A stretch of DNA of 35,133 nt from Candidatus Dormiibacterota bacterium (GTDB lineage Bacteria > Chloroflexota > Dormibacteria > Aeolococcales > Aeolococcaceae): positions 1 through 35,133 of the forward strand of contig PLAX01000139.1 in the NCBI GenBank assembly GCA_003135255.1, in the 5' to 3' direction. This document shows positions 8,401 through 16,098 of the stretch, in pieces. Position 1 is the stretch's first letter. Each line of letters starts with the position of its first letter. A model generated the notes under the pieces. That model had not been told where the DNA came from. It saw only the letters and a list, made by a program, of their open reading frames with translations, and did not search any database. Position numbers and translations under genes: made by a program.

Positions 8401-8667
8401 GCCCTGCCCTGACCGGCGCAGCCCGTGGCGCTCGCCCCGTCGGCGAGCTCGCCTTGTTGGCTGGTTTGACCACACCAGATTCACTTGACGTCCCAACTGG
8501 GAAGACGCCGGTTATCAGCGTGGACATGGTGGGCGTCGCCTGGTGCGTCCAGGAGGCCACGTCGACCATCAGGATGGCACCCTGGACCCTCGGTGTCAAC
8601 CGCGACCACGGGCTTCCGCCAAGGCGTGCTTCACGCGCTCTTGGGCAGCCGCTCCAACGGGCTTCCC

Positions 8668-8679
8668 AACGATATCGTT
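8668..8679. promoter_or_regulatory. perfect 12-bp palindrome AACGATATCGTT in the ALDH / malic-enzyme divergent intergenic region
   Basis: Read directly at 8668-8679. It is an AT-rich core in GC-rich surroundings. Function unknown. Confidence 0.2.
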
Positions 8680-8851
8680 TCCAGCCTTCGCGGATGGGTC
8701 GGCGGATGACGCCCTTGGCACGCTCCATGCTCAAGCTGGAGCCGTCGCATGACCCGGCTCGCTATGGTTGACATCCCCGCGCTGTCCATGACGGGCCAGT
8801 ACACGACAGCCCTCGCCGACCAGCGACAGCCACGAGCGACAGGAGGGTGGC

Positions 8852-10510
8852 ATGGCCACAGCAAAAGCGAGCCCACGGATCGTTCAGAAGCGCGGGGTCG
8901 AGCTGCTTCGCGACCCCGAGCTCAACCGATCAACGGCCTTTACCGAGGAGGACCGTGAGGCGTTCGGCCTCACTGCACTGCTTCCTTCAGGGGTCGACAC
9001 GGTGGACATCCAGGTGCAGCGAGCCCGGCAGCAGCTGGACGACAAGCCGACCGACCTGGAGCGCTACATCTACCTCATCAGCCTGGCAGACAACGACGAG
9101 ACACTCTTCTTCAAGGTCGTCATGTCGGATCCGGCGCACTTTCTCCCCATCGTGTACGACCCGACGGTCGGAGAGGCGTGCCTCAAGTTCGGCCACATCT
9201 TCCGCCGCCCGAGAGGCATGTACCTGTCGGTGAAGCACAAGGGGCGGATGGCAGAGGTCATGCGGAATTGGCCGATCGCAGATGTGCGCGTCATCTGTGT
9301 CTCCTCCGGCGGACGCATCCTTGGTCTCGGCGACCTGGGTGCGAACGGCATGGGCATTCCCATCGGCAAGCTGCAGCTGTACACGGCATGCGCCGCCGTC
9401 CCACCCCAGCACCTCCTTCCCATCCACATGGACGTCGGCACCACGAACACCGGGCTGATCAACGATCCGCTTTACCTGGGGCTTCGGATGCCACGGATCA
9501 GCACAGAGGAGCTGGACGAGGTCGTCGACGAGTTCGTCGAGGCCGTCCAGCAGGTGTTCCCCGGTTGCTGCGTCCACTTCGAGGACTGGAAGGGTGAGGA
9601 TGCGATGCACCTCCTTGCCCGGTACCGCGACCGCGTCTGCTGCTACAACGACGACATCCAGGGCACCGCGGCCGTGACACTCGCCGGCGTGTTGACCGCG
9701 CTTCGCGTCACCGGTGGGCGCCTGCGCGACCAGCGCTTCCTGTTCTTGGGCGCTGGCTCCGCCGGCATCGGCATCGCCAACCTGGTCGCGTCGGCGATGG
9801 CTCGTGCCGGACTGGCGGAGGACCAGGCGCGGTCGCAGATCAGCTTGTTCGACGTCAACGGCCTGCTCGAGCCGAGCCGCACCGATCTCTTCGACTTCCA
9901 GAAGCCGTACGCCCACCCGCATGTGCCTTCGCGCGACTTCGTGGCCGTGATCGAGTCGGTCAAGCCGACCGCCATCATCGGCGTGAGCACCAAGGGCGGT
10001 GCGTTCACCAGGAAGGTCGTGGAGTCGATGGCGCGGATCAACGATCGGCCGATCATCTTCGCGTTGTCCAATCCCACCGAGCGCGCGGAATGCACGCCAG
10101 AGCAGGCGTATGCCTGGTCCGGCGGCCGCGCGCTGTACGCGGCTGGCGTGCAGTTCCCATCCGTTCGCGTCGGGAACCGCACGCTTACTCCCGGGCAGGC
10201 CAACAACCTCTACATCTTCCCGGCGGTCGGGCTCGCGATCTACGCCACCAGAGCCACGCGGGTGACCGACGAGATGTTCGTCCAAGCAGCACAGGCGCTC
10301 GCCGAGCAAGTCACCGAGCAGGAGTTGCAGAGCGGGTTGCTCTACCCGCCGCAGACAGACATCCTGAAGACGGAGGTCAGCATCGCGGTGCGTGTCGCCG
10401 ACCTCGTATTCGAGCGAGGACTCGCAGGCGTCGACAGGCCGAGCGATGTGCGCGTCTTCGTCGAAGCGCAGCTGTACACGCCAGCGTACACAGGGAACGG
10501 AACGCGGTGA
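8852..10510 (+). CDS. malic enzyme (malate dehydrogenase, oxaloacetate-decarboxylating), large ~550-aa type
   Basis: ORF 8852..10510. AGGAGGG lies 5 nt upstream of the ATG. Sequence: LLRDPELNRSTAFTEEDREAFGLTALLP...FFKVVMSDPAHFLPIVYDPTVGEAC...VICVSSGGRILGLGDLGANGMGIPIGKLQLYTACA...FEDW...YNDDIQGTAAV...FLGAGSAGIGIA. NAD versus NADP specificity cannot be told by eye. Confidence 0.92.
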   Translation: MATAKASPRIVQKRGVELLRDPELNRSTAFTEEDREAFGLTALLPSGVDTVDIQVQRARQQLDDKPTDLERYIYLISLADNDETLFFKVVMSDPAHFLPIVYDPTVGEACLKFGHIFRRPRGMYLSVKHKGRMAEVMRNWPIADVRVICVSSGGRILGLGDLGANGMGIPIGKLQLYTACAAVPPQHLLPIHMDVGTTNTGLINDPLYLGLRMPRISTEELDEVVDEFVEAVQQVFPGCCVHFEDWKGEDAMHLLARYRDRVCCYNDDIQGTAAVTLAGVLTALRVTGGRLRDQRFLFLGAGSAGIGIANLVASAMARAGLAEDQARSQISLFDVNGLLEPSRTDLFDFQKPYAHPHVPSRDFVAVIESVKPTAIIGVSTKGGAFTRKVVESMARINDRPIIFALSNPTERAECTPEQAYAWSGGRALYAAGVQFPSVRVGNRTLTPGQANNLYIFPAVGLAIYATRATRVTDEMFVQAAQALAEQVTEQELQSGLLYPPQTDILKTEVSIAVRVADLVFERGLAGVDRPSDVRVFVEAQLYTPAYTGNGTR

Positions 10511-10652
10511 TGGTGACGCTCACATCGGACGGTGAGGCCCTCGAGCACGTGCCGAGCGGTGCCGGGGCACCCAGGACCCGGATCGACGCCGTCGTCGTCG
10601 GCGGGTATCCGGATCGCTCCTAACGCGCCACCTGGTGCAGCCGTGAGGCTGT

Positions 10653-11354
10653 ATGGTGTTGCATGAATTCCCGGTCGACCAGGGAGGCCGACTGATCAAC
10701 ATTGAAGTCGCATCTCTGCTGAAGCCCAGCCCACGGTCGAAGGGACCGTGGGCTGGGCAGGCACGCCGGCGTTTCGTCTTCACCGCCGGTGCGGCATTGG
10801 TCTTCTGTGTGGCGGCGTGTGGCTCGACGAGCACAGCCCCGAGCGCCACCGGCACGGCGACAGCACCGGCGCCAGCGGCACCCACGGCCACGCCGACCCC
10901 GACCCCGACACCGACACCGACCTCGACACCGGCGCCGGTCGCGGTGATCGGCCCCGGCGCGGCAGATCCCATCACCGCGGTGGATGATGCCCTCGGCGAG
11001 AGCACTGGGTGCACGCTGACCCTCATCGCCCAACCGTGTCCCATGACGCTGCGTCTGGCCACGCGGATCGAGTCGCATCCCTTCACGGGGACCGGCGGCG
11101 GCGCGGCGTGGCGATGCCGGTGCCAGAATCAGACGGGCACCTCGACCTTCGCGCTGATCTCGCAGAGCGGAACCACCACGTACGTGTCCGAGAGCATCCC
11201 GGGGGGGTCGACGTCGATAAGCCTGCGGTGGACGGTGCTCGAGATCGCGGGCGCGTGGTTCGTCGATGATCAGGACACCGGGTGCACGGCGACCTCGATC
11301 TACAGCACCGCCTACGACTACGACGCGATCACCTCACCGGCGCCGACCTGCTGA
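10653..11354 (+). CDS. putative secreted lipoprotein with Thr-Pro linker and Cys-rich C-terminal domain
   Basis: ORF 10653..11354. The signal-like segment ARRRFVFTAGAALVFCVAAC|GSTS carries a lipobox VAAC (Cys codon at 10815) and a possible twin-arginine n-region. A TP-repeat linker follows, then a domain of unknown function. The start codon is uncertain (ATG 10653, GTG 10656 or TTG 10659). Confidence 0.6.
   Translation: MVLHEFPVDQGGRLINIEVASLLKPSPRSKGPWAGQARRRFVFTAGAALVFCVAACGSTSTAPSATGTATAPAPAAPTATPTPTPTPTPTSTPAPVAVIGPGAADPITAVDDALGESTGCTLTLIAQPCPMTLRLATRIESHPFTGTGGGAAWRCRCQNQTGTSTFALISQSGTTTYVSESIPGGSTSISLRWTVLEIAGAWFVDDQDTGCTATSIYSTAYDYDAITSPAPTC
10890..10931 (+). repeat. in-frame ACNCCG tandem repeat encoding TPTPTPTPTPTSTP linker
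   Basis: Read directly: acgccgaccccgaccccgacaccgacaccgacctcgacaccg. Confidence 0.9.
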
Positions 11355-11839
11355 TCGTCGCCGCGGGGCGCGCTCCGCTGCCATCATGCGGCAGATGTGG
11401 CGTCCACAGCTATCCGATCGTTTGACCTGCTTATCGCACTAACCATCCCACACACTCCACCCCTCGGCAGCCGCCGTGCCCCCCATCCTCGCCGCCAGCT
11501 GGCACGTTTGCTAGGCGGAGCACGCGTCGGTGAGCCGGGACCCGCGGCCTTCCCCGGGCGACTCGGGCGACCCTAACCGCGAAGGCCAGGCCCGCAGGCG
11601 GGATGCGCGATCCGCGTGCGAGCAGGACGGCGTTACGTTCCGGTCCATGCAGACCGTCCGCCTCGTCTCTCTTGGAATTGCCTGGAATCCCCTCGACATG
11701 GCTGGATTCTGTTGGACACGGTCCCTGGCTGTTCCGACTGCCCAGCGTGACGTAGCTGCCGGAGGCTCATCGGTCACCTCACCACCCTCGACCACCCCGG
11801 TCTCCGCACCGGCTCCCACCCTCTACTCACCGATCCGGG

Positions 11840-12274
11840 TCAGAGCACGGTGGGGTGCTCCCGCCTGCTCAGCATCTCGATGGTCACCTCGAGCGCGTCG
11901 AGGGCGTAGCGAATCCGGGCCAGCGCATCCTCTACCCGATCCCCCGGCCGCGCGAGGTACATCAGCCAGATGCGGCCGATGTGGATCTGCGTGATTCGCC
12001 GGACCTCCGCGTAGGCGCTCTCGAGATCGGCGCAGAGGCGCTCCATGCCCGGCGTGGACTGCAGCTGAGCCCTGCTCCTGTCCCACGCCCTGGTTCGGAG
12101 CAGCTTCTCGGGCAGCCGTCTCCTTCCGAGCGCTTCGTCGATCTGCCCCTCGGCGTCGCCGAGCTCTGCCACCAGGAGACGCAGGACCGCAAGGGGCTGC
12201 GTCTCCTGGGACGCGTGACCGGTTCGCCACCCGGAACGCGGAAGTCGACGCCACCACGCAAGCAGATCGGGCAT
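11840..12274 (-). CDS. hypothetical all-helical protein (144 aa), no family recognised
   Basis: ORF 11840..12274. This frame has clearly GC3-rich codon usage (e.g. CTG GTG GCA GAG CTC GGC GAC GCC GAG GGG CAG ATC GAC). Sequence: ...LAVLRLLVAELGDAEGQIDEALGRRRLPEKLL...MERLCADLESAYAEVRRITQIHIGRIWLMYLARPGDRVEDALARIRYALDALEVTIEML. I do not recognise a domain. Confidence 0.5.
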   Translation of the reverse strand: MPDLLAWWRRLPRSGWRTGHASQETQPLAVLRLLVAELGDAEGQIDEALGRRRLPEKLLRTRAWDRSRAQLQSTPGMERLCADLESAYAEVRRITQIHIGRIWLMYLARPGDRVEDALARIRYALDALEVTIEMLSRREHPTVL

Positions 12275-12523
12275 CCTCAGCCCAGGCTAGCATCCCCCCG
12301 GAGCTCCTTGCCGCTCACCCTCGAGCTCTGACCTTCAGTCGAGCGCCGTCGAGTCAGGGCCCGCCAAGAGATGGCCGAGTAAGCCGGACGGCGCCGACCC
12401 ATGACCCTCCCCCGGCGGAGGCGGACCGCCACCACCAGGGCCGCCATCTCCCCCCTCCCCCCGCAGCGGCGAGGCTCTGGGCGTTGCCGGGAATCCCAGC
12501 ACTGAACTGAACTTATCTGGCTG

Positions 12524-12597
12524 TCGGGGAGCGCGGACTCGAACCGCGGACCCCTGGTCCCCCAGACCAGTACTCTAACCATCTGAGCTACTCCCCG
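12524..12597 (-). tRNA. tRNA-Pro(GGG): tRNA-Pro, anticodon GGG (74 nt, CCA not encoded)
   Basis: The reverse complement folds as a cloverleaf: CGGGGAG-TA-GCTC-AGATGGTTA-GAGT-A-CTGGT-CTGGGGG-ACCAG-GGGTC-CGCGG-TTCGAGT-CCGCG-CTCCCCG-A. The 7-bp acceptor stem, GTTCGAGT T-loop and CT-GGG-GG anticodon loop are all present. Confidence 0.9.
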
Positions 12598-12776
12598 ACG
12601 GGTCCACGCCAAGTCTAGCGGAAGGCCCACCGGCCTTTCCCTGCTCCGGCCCGCGAGAGCGGCCCCGTACGTGCCGTCGGCCGGTCGAACGGCCCCCTCG
12701 TCCCGCCTCCGGCGGGGATCTGAGCGGCCGCAAGGAGCCGTGCGTCTCGCGCGACGCGCAGGGACCTGGCGCATTC

Positions 12777-13430
12777 GTGGCAAACTCCGCTGACATGCAT
12801 CGCACCGTACGCCTCGCCGCCTCTGCCGCCCTCGGCTATGCGATCGGATCGATCCCTTCGGGGGTCCTGGTGGGACGCCTCAGCCGCGGGATCGACGTCC
12901 GGGAGCACGGCAGCCACAGCATGGGCATGGCCAACGTCCTTCGCACCGCCGGACGCGGCCCCGCCGCGATCACGCTGGCCCTCGACATCGGCAAGGGCGC
13001 CGCGGCGGCCCGGCTGGGCGAGGCCATCACGCGCGATCGCGGCGGAGGCGCGGCCGCGGGCCTGGGAGCGGTGGTCGGGCACTCGTGGCCGGTCTTCGTG
13101 GGCTTCCGGGGCGGGAAGAGCTCCGCCACCCTGTTCGGTGCCGCCAGCGTGATAACCCCTCCGGTCGCCGGTGTCTCCTTGATCGCAGGCGCCGGCGCCC
13201 TCGCCATCACCCGAAGGACGTCCGTGCTCTCGCTCTCCGGAAGCATCGCCGGGGGCCTCGCCGCGCTGGTCCTGGGACTGCGCCGCCGTGACGCCGCCGG
13301 CCTCGCCCTGGCGCTGCCCGGGGTCGCGGTGGTGATCTACCGCCACCGGGAGAACATCAGCCGGCTGATCCGGGGCGTCGAGCCCGCCGTGGGTGACCCC
13401 GACACGAGCGACCCCGTCCCCACCGCCTGA
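12777..13430 (+). CDS. plsY: glycerol-3-phosphate acyltransferase PlsY (acyl-phosphate dependent)
   Basis: ORF 12777..13430 (GTG start; alternative ATG at 12795). Sequence: LGYAIGSIPSGVLVGRLSRGIDVREHGSHSMGMANVLRTAG...ALDIGKGAAA...VVGHSWPVFVGFRGGKSSATLFG...VIYRHRENISRLIRGVE. This matches the PlsY signature blocks. Confidence 0.85.
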   Translation: MANSADMHRTVRLAASAALGYAIGSIPSGVLVGRLSRGIDVREHGSHSMGMANVLRTAGRGPAAITLALDIGKGAAAARLGEAITRDRGGGAAAGLGAVVGHSWPVFVGFRGGKSSATLFGAASVITPPVAGVSLIAGAGALAITRRTSVLSLSGSIAGGLAALVLGLRRRDAAGLALALPGVAVVIYRHRENISRLIRGVEPAVGDPDTSDPVPTA

Positions 13431-13494
13431 CCGGGCACGTCCTCCCCGGGCATCCTGCGCACCGCGCCTCTGCCGGCCGGCGCGCGCCGCGAGC

Positions 13495-13556
13495 GAGCCC
13501 CTCCCCTGGGACGCGCGCCGAAGGGGCTCCCCCCTCCCCGGCCGGGTCCGGAGGGG
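13495..13556. terminator. two adjacent GC-rich hairpins between convergent plsY and dhaK (possible bidirectional terminators)
   Basis: GAGCCCCT (13495-13502) pairs with AGGGGCTC (13522-13529). CCCCTCC (13531-13537) pairs with GGAGGGG (13550-13556). There are no clear U-tracts. Confidence 0.25.
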
Positions 13557-13620
13557 ACCCCGCCGCCCGGGGCGCCCGTGAGGGCAAACCCGAGAGCGGG
13601 ATCCCGCGGGCCCTTCCCGA

Positions 13621-14616
13621 TCAGAAGACCCTGATCGACACCTCCGCCGGCTCGTTCAGCAGCCCCTTGATCTCCTCGTTCACCTTGAGCAGGGTGAGCG
13701 ACGCACCCGCCATCTCGAGCGATGTGCAGTACTCGTTCACGTAGCTGCGGAAGACCTTGATGCCCTGCGCCGCAAGCTTCTTGTGCGCGATGCCATAGAG
13801 CAGGTAGAGCTCGCCGATCGTCGTCCCGCCCAGCCCGTTGATCATGAGGGCGACCTCGTCACCGCTCTTGAAGGGGAGGTCGGGCACCACCGCGTTGAGG
13901 AAGATGTCGACGATCTCCGTGGCCGAGACCAGCTTGGTGCGCTGGCGGCCCGGCTCGCCATGGATGCCGATGCCGACCTCCATCTCGTCGTCGGCGATCT
14001 CGAACAGCGGTGATCCCTTGACCGGCGGGGTGCAGGAGCTCAGCGCGATACCGAGCGTCCTCACGTTGGCGATGACGTCATTGCCGATGCGCACCAGCTC
14101 CTCGAGCGACGCGCCCTTCTCCGAAGCCGCGCCCACCGCCTTGATGACGAAGAAGTTGCCGGCTACGCCGCGCCGTCCCACCGTCCAGGTCGAGTCCTTG
14201 ACGGCCACGTCGTCGTTGACGAGCAGCGTCTCCACCTTGATGCCGTCCGCCTCGCACATCTCCCGGCCCTGCTCGAAGGCGAGCCGGTCACCGGTGTAGT
14301 TGTTGACGAGGTGAAGAACCCCCTTTGGCGAGTTCAGCAGCTTGGTGGTCTCGTACACGAACTCCACCGGCGGTCCGGCGAAGACGTCACCGGGGCAGGC
14401 CGCGTCCAGCATGCCCTTGCCCACGATCATGGTGTGGGCGGGCTCGTGGCCGGAGCCGGACCCCTGAATGATCGAGACCTTGTTCGCCTGGGGCATGTCG
14501 GCGCGGTAGATGAGATTGTACTTGGGCTCGTACTTGAGCCTCCCATCACTGGCCAGGTAGATCCCCTCCAGCATCTCGGGAACGAATTGCCTCGGGTCGT
14601 TGACGAATTTCTTCAT
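13621..14616 (-). CDS. dhaK: dihydroxyacetone-kinase family, DhaK-type substrate-binding subunit (divergent copy 1)
   Basis: ORF 13621..14616. Sequence: MKKFVNDPRQFVPEMLEGI...[39 protein letters not shown]...VNNYTGDRLAF...VAVKDSTWTVGRRGVAGN...GIGIHGEPG...CTSLEMAGASLTLLKV. AGGGAGA lies upstream of the ATG. Confidence 0.9.
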   Translation of the reverse strand: MKKFVNDPRQFVPEMLEGIYLASDGRLKYEPKYNLIYRADMPQANKVSIIQGSGSGHEPAHTMIVGKGMLDAACPGDVFAGPPVEFVYETTKLLNSPKGVLHLVNNYTGDRLAFEQGREMCEADGIKVETLLVNDDVAVKDSTWTVGRRGVAGNFFVIKAVGAASEKGASLEELVRIGNDVIANVRTLGIALSSCTPPVKGSPLFEIADDEMEVGIGIHGEPGRQRTKLVSATEIVDIFLNAVVPDLPFKSGDEVALMINGLGGTTIGELYLLYGIAHKKLAAQGIKVFRSYVNEYCTSLEMAGASLTLLKVNEEIKGLLNEPAEVSIRVF

Positions 14617-14630
14617 GTGTCAGTCTCCCT

Positions 14631-15287
14631 CTATTCGTACTTCTCGCGCCAAGCGGCACTGATGCTTTGCAAGATGACGCCGACGGCAGTCGCCCCGGCG
14701 TCGACCGAGCCGATGCTCCGCTCCCCGGTATAGGCGGCACGGCCGCGCATGGCCAGCATCGGCTTGGTGCCCTCCGCCGCCCGGACCGCCACGTCCGCCG
14801 CCTCCTGGAGCGCTGCGCTCCCGTGGTCCTGCACCGCCTCGGGACGGGCCAGTTCGGCTTCCAACGTATCGATCGCAGGGACCAGGGCATCCAGGAGCGT
14901 CTTCTCTCCGAGCGACGCCCCCCCGCGGTGCATGATGCCCGCGACGGCGGCGCGGAGGATGGCGATCACGTCGGCACCGGTGAGCTCGGTCTTGTCGCCG
15001 GCCGCCTGCGACGCCCGCAGGAATGCCGTGCCCCAGATCGGACCGCTGACCCCACCTACCTTGCCGGAGAGCACGAAACCCACCTTCTTGAGGACCGCGC
15101 CCACGCTGCTCCGGTCGAAGGTGTCGTAGTCGCTGACCACCACCTCGAAGCCGTTCCGGAGTGAGTACCCGAAGTCGCCGTCCCCAACCACGCTGTCGAG
15201 CTCAGCGAAGTAGACGGCATTGTCGACGATGGTCTTCGCCATCGTCCTCAGAACAAGATCGACGTCATCGATTGCGCTCGCCGCCAT
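14631..15287 (-). CDS. dhaL: dihydroxyacetone-kinase family, DhaL-type nucleotide-binding subunit (divergent copy 1)
   Basis: ORF 14631..15287. Sequence: FAELDSVVGDGDFGYSLRNGF...GKVGGVSGPIWGTAFL...GGASLGEKTLLDALVPA...MRGRAAYTGERSIGSVDAGATAV. Note GDGDFG where canonical DhaL has GDADHG. The start overlaps the upstream HAD gene by 23 nt. Confidence 0.88.
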   Translation of the reverse strand: MAASAIDDVDLVLRTMAKTIVDNAVYFAELDSVVGDGDFGYSLRNGFEVVVSDYDTFDRSSVGAVLKKVGFVLSGKVGGVSGPIWGTAFLRASQAAGDKTELTGADVIAILRAAVAGIMHRGGASLGEKTLLDALVPAIDTLEAELARPEAVQDHGSAALQEAADVAVRAAEGTKPMLAMRGRAAYTGERSIGSVDAGATAVGVILQSISAAWREKYE

Positions 15288-16098
15288 CCTGTGTGCTCCT
15301 CTGCTTCCCTGATATCTCTGAGTCGTTGTCCCCCAGGCAGGCCTCCAGGTCGGTCAGTGCGACGAAGTCGCCTGAGTGTGAACTGCTCCGGTTGGCGATC
15401 ACCACGCTCCTCTCCCCCTCGGGGTCGCCCAGCGACGAGACCACCAACACCGCCTCGCTGAAGTCCTCGTGGGCCGTGTAACCGTTGATGGTGATGACAC
15501 AGCGCAGACCGGCGGCCCGCGCCGCTTCGAGTCCGTTGCGCGAGTCCTCGATGACGAGCACCCCGCCCGGATCCGCGCCCAGCTTCTCGAGTGCCAGAAG
15601 ATAGATGTCGGGAGCCGGCTTCTTGTGGGGGACGCAGTCGCCGGCGAGCAGGACATCGAAGCGCGCCGCGCGCTCCGGGCCCGCCGCCTGCTCCAGGATG
15701 GCCCGCACCGACGGCTCCGCCGACGTCGAAGCCACCGCCAGCCTCCACCCCGAATCCTGAGCCTCACCGATGATCCGCCGGATGCCCGGCCGCGGCGGCA
15801 GCTTCCCGGCGGCCACCATCTCCGTGTAGATCTGGGTCTTGCGCTTGTGCCACGCGCCGAGCAGCGCCGCCCTGCCCTCCCGATCGGCCGGCAGGTGGTG
15901 GGCGCGGACAAACTCCGGAGTGAGCTCGCTCGCCATCCGCTCCTTGCCGCCGGCGATCTCCAGCTTGTGGCCGTATTCCTCCTCCGACCACTGCAGCGGC
16001 ACACCGACCTCCGCGAAGGTCTGATTGAAGGCCGGCAGGTGGCCGTACCGCTCGGTGTCGGCGAGCACGCCGTCGCAGTCGAAGATGATCGCGCTCAC
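15265..16098 (-). CDS. HAD-superfamily (subfamily IA) phosphatase, CbbY-like
   Basis: ORF 15265..16098. The GTG start overlaps the aldolase stop (GTGA). Motifs: IIFDCDGVLADTE (motif I), LAVASTS (motif II), HKKPAPDIYLLALEKLGADPGGVLVIEDSRNGLEAARAAGLRCV (motifs III/IV). The tail INGYTAHEDFSEAVLVVSSLGDP is typical of CbbY-type proteins. Confidence 0.85.
   Translation of the reverse strand: MSAIIFDCDGVLADTERYGHLPAFNQTFAEVGVPLQWSEEEYGHKLEIAGGKERMASELTPEFVRAHHLPADREGRAALLGAWHKRKTQIYTEMVAAGKLPPRPGIRRIIGEAQDSGWRLAVASTSAEPSVRAILEQAAGPERAARFDVLLAGDCVPHKKPAPDIYLLALEKLGADPGGVLVIEDSRNGLEAARAAGLRCVITINGYTAHEDFSEAVLVVSSLGDPEGERSVVIANRSSSHSGDFVALTDLEACLGDNDSEISGKQRSTQDGGERNR

Noticed and set aside
6859-8412. 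517-aa plus-strand ORF covering the whole aldehyde dehydrogenase locus
   Set aside because: It is antisense to a gene with unmistakable ALDH motifs. Its product is Arg/Pro/Gly/His-rich low complexity with no recognisable domain. Long stop-free antisense frames are expected when the sense strand has extreme GC3.
8768-8773. TTGACA hexamer upstream of the malic enzyme gene as a -35 element
   Set aside because: No acceptable -10 (TANNNT) lies 16-19 nt downstream (the sequence there is ACGGGC/CGGGCC). A promoter call is not supported.
8345-8876. Several 69-129-aa ORFs on both strands in the ALDH / malic-enzyme intergenic region (a stretch ERAKGVI briefly suggested an ANTAR-like remnant)
   Set aside because: Codon usage is mixed. 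No frame keeps a protein-like sequence for more than about 15 residues, and the ANTAR resemblance did not survive checking the neighbouring frames. I treat the region as non-coding DNA with regulatory repeats.
10890-10931. Short-period repeat examined as a possible CRISPR or other non-coding array
   Set aside because: The period is 6 nt and in frame, encoding a Thr-Pro linker inside the lipoprotein gene. No repeat-spacer architecture exists anywhere in the window.
11500-11511. TGGCACgtttGC, reminiscent of a sigma-54 -24/-12 promoter
   Set aside because: The GG and GC elements are 9 nt apart instead of the required 12 (TGGCAC-N5-TTGC). No downstream gene is oriented to use it, and sigma-54 is not expected in this type of genome.
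12277-12783. 168-aa minus-strand ORF
   Set aside because: It runs straight through the tRNA-Pro gene (12524-12597) and is Arg-rich junk. The tRNA cloverleaf explains the sequence better.
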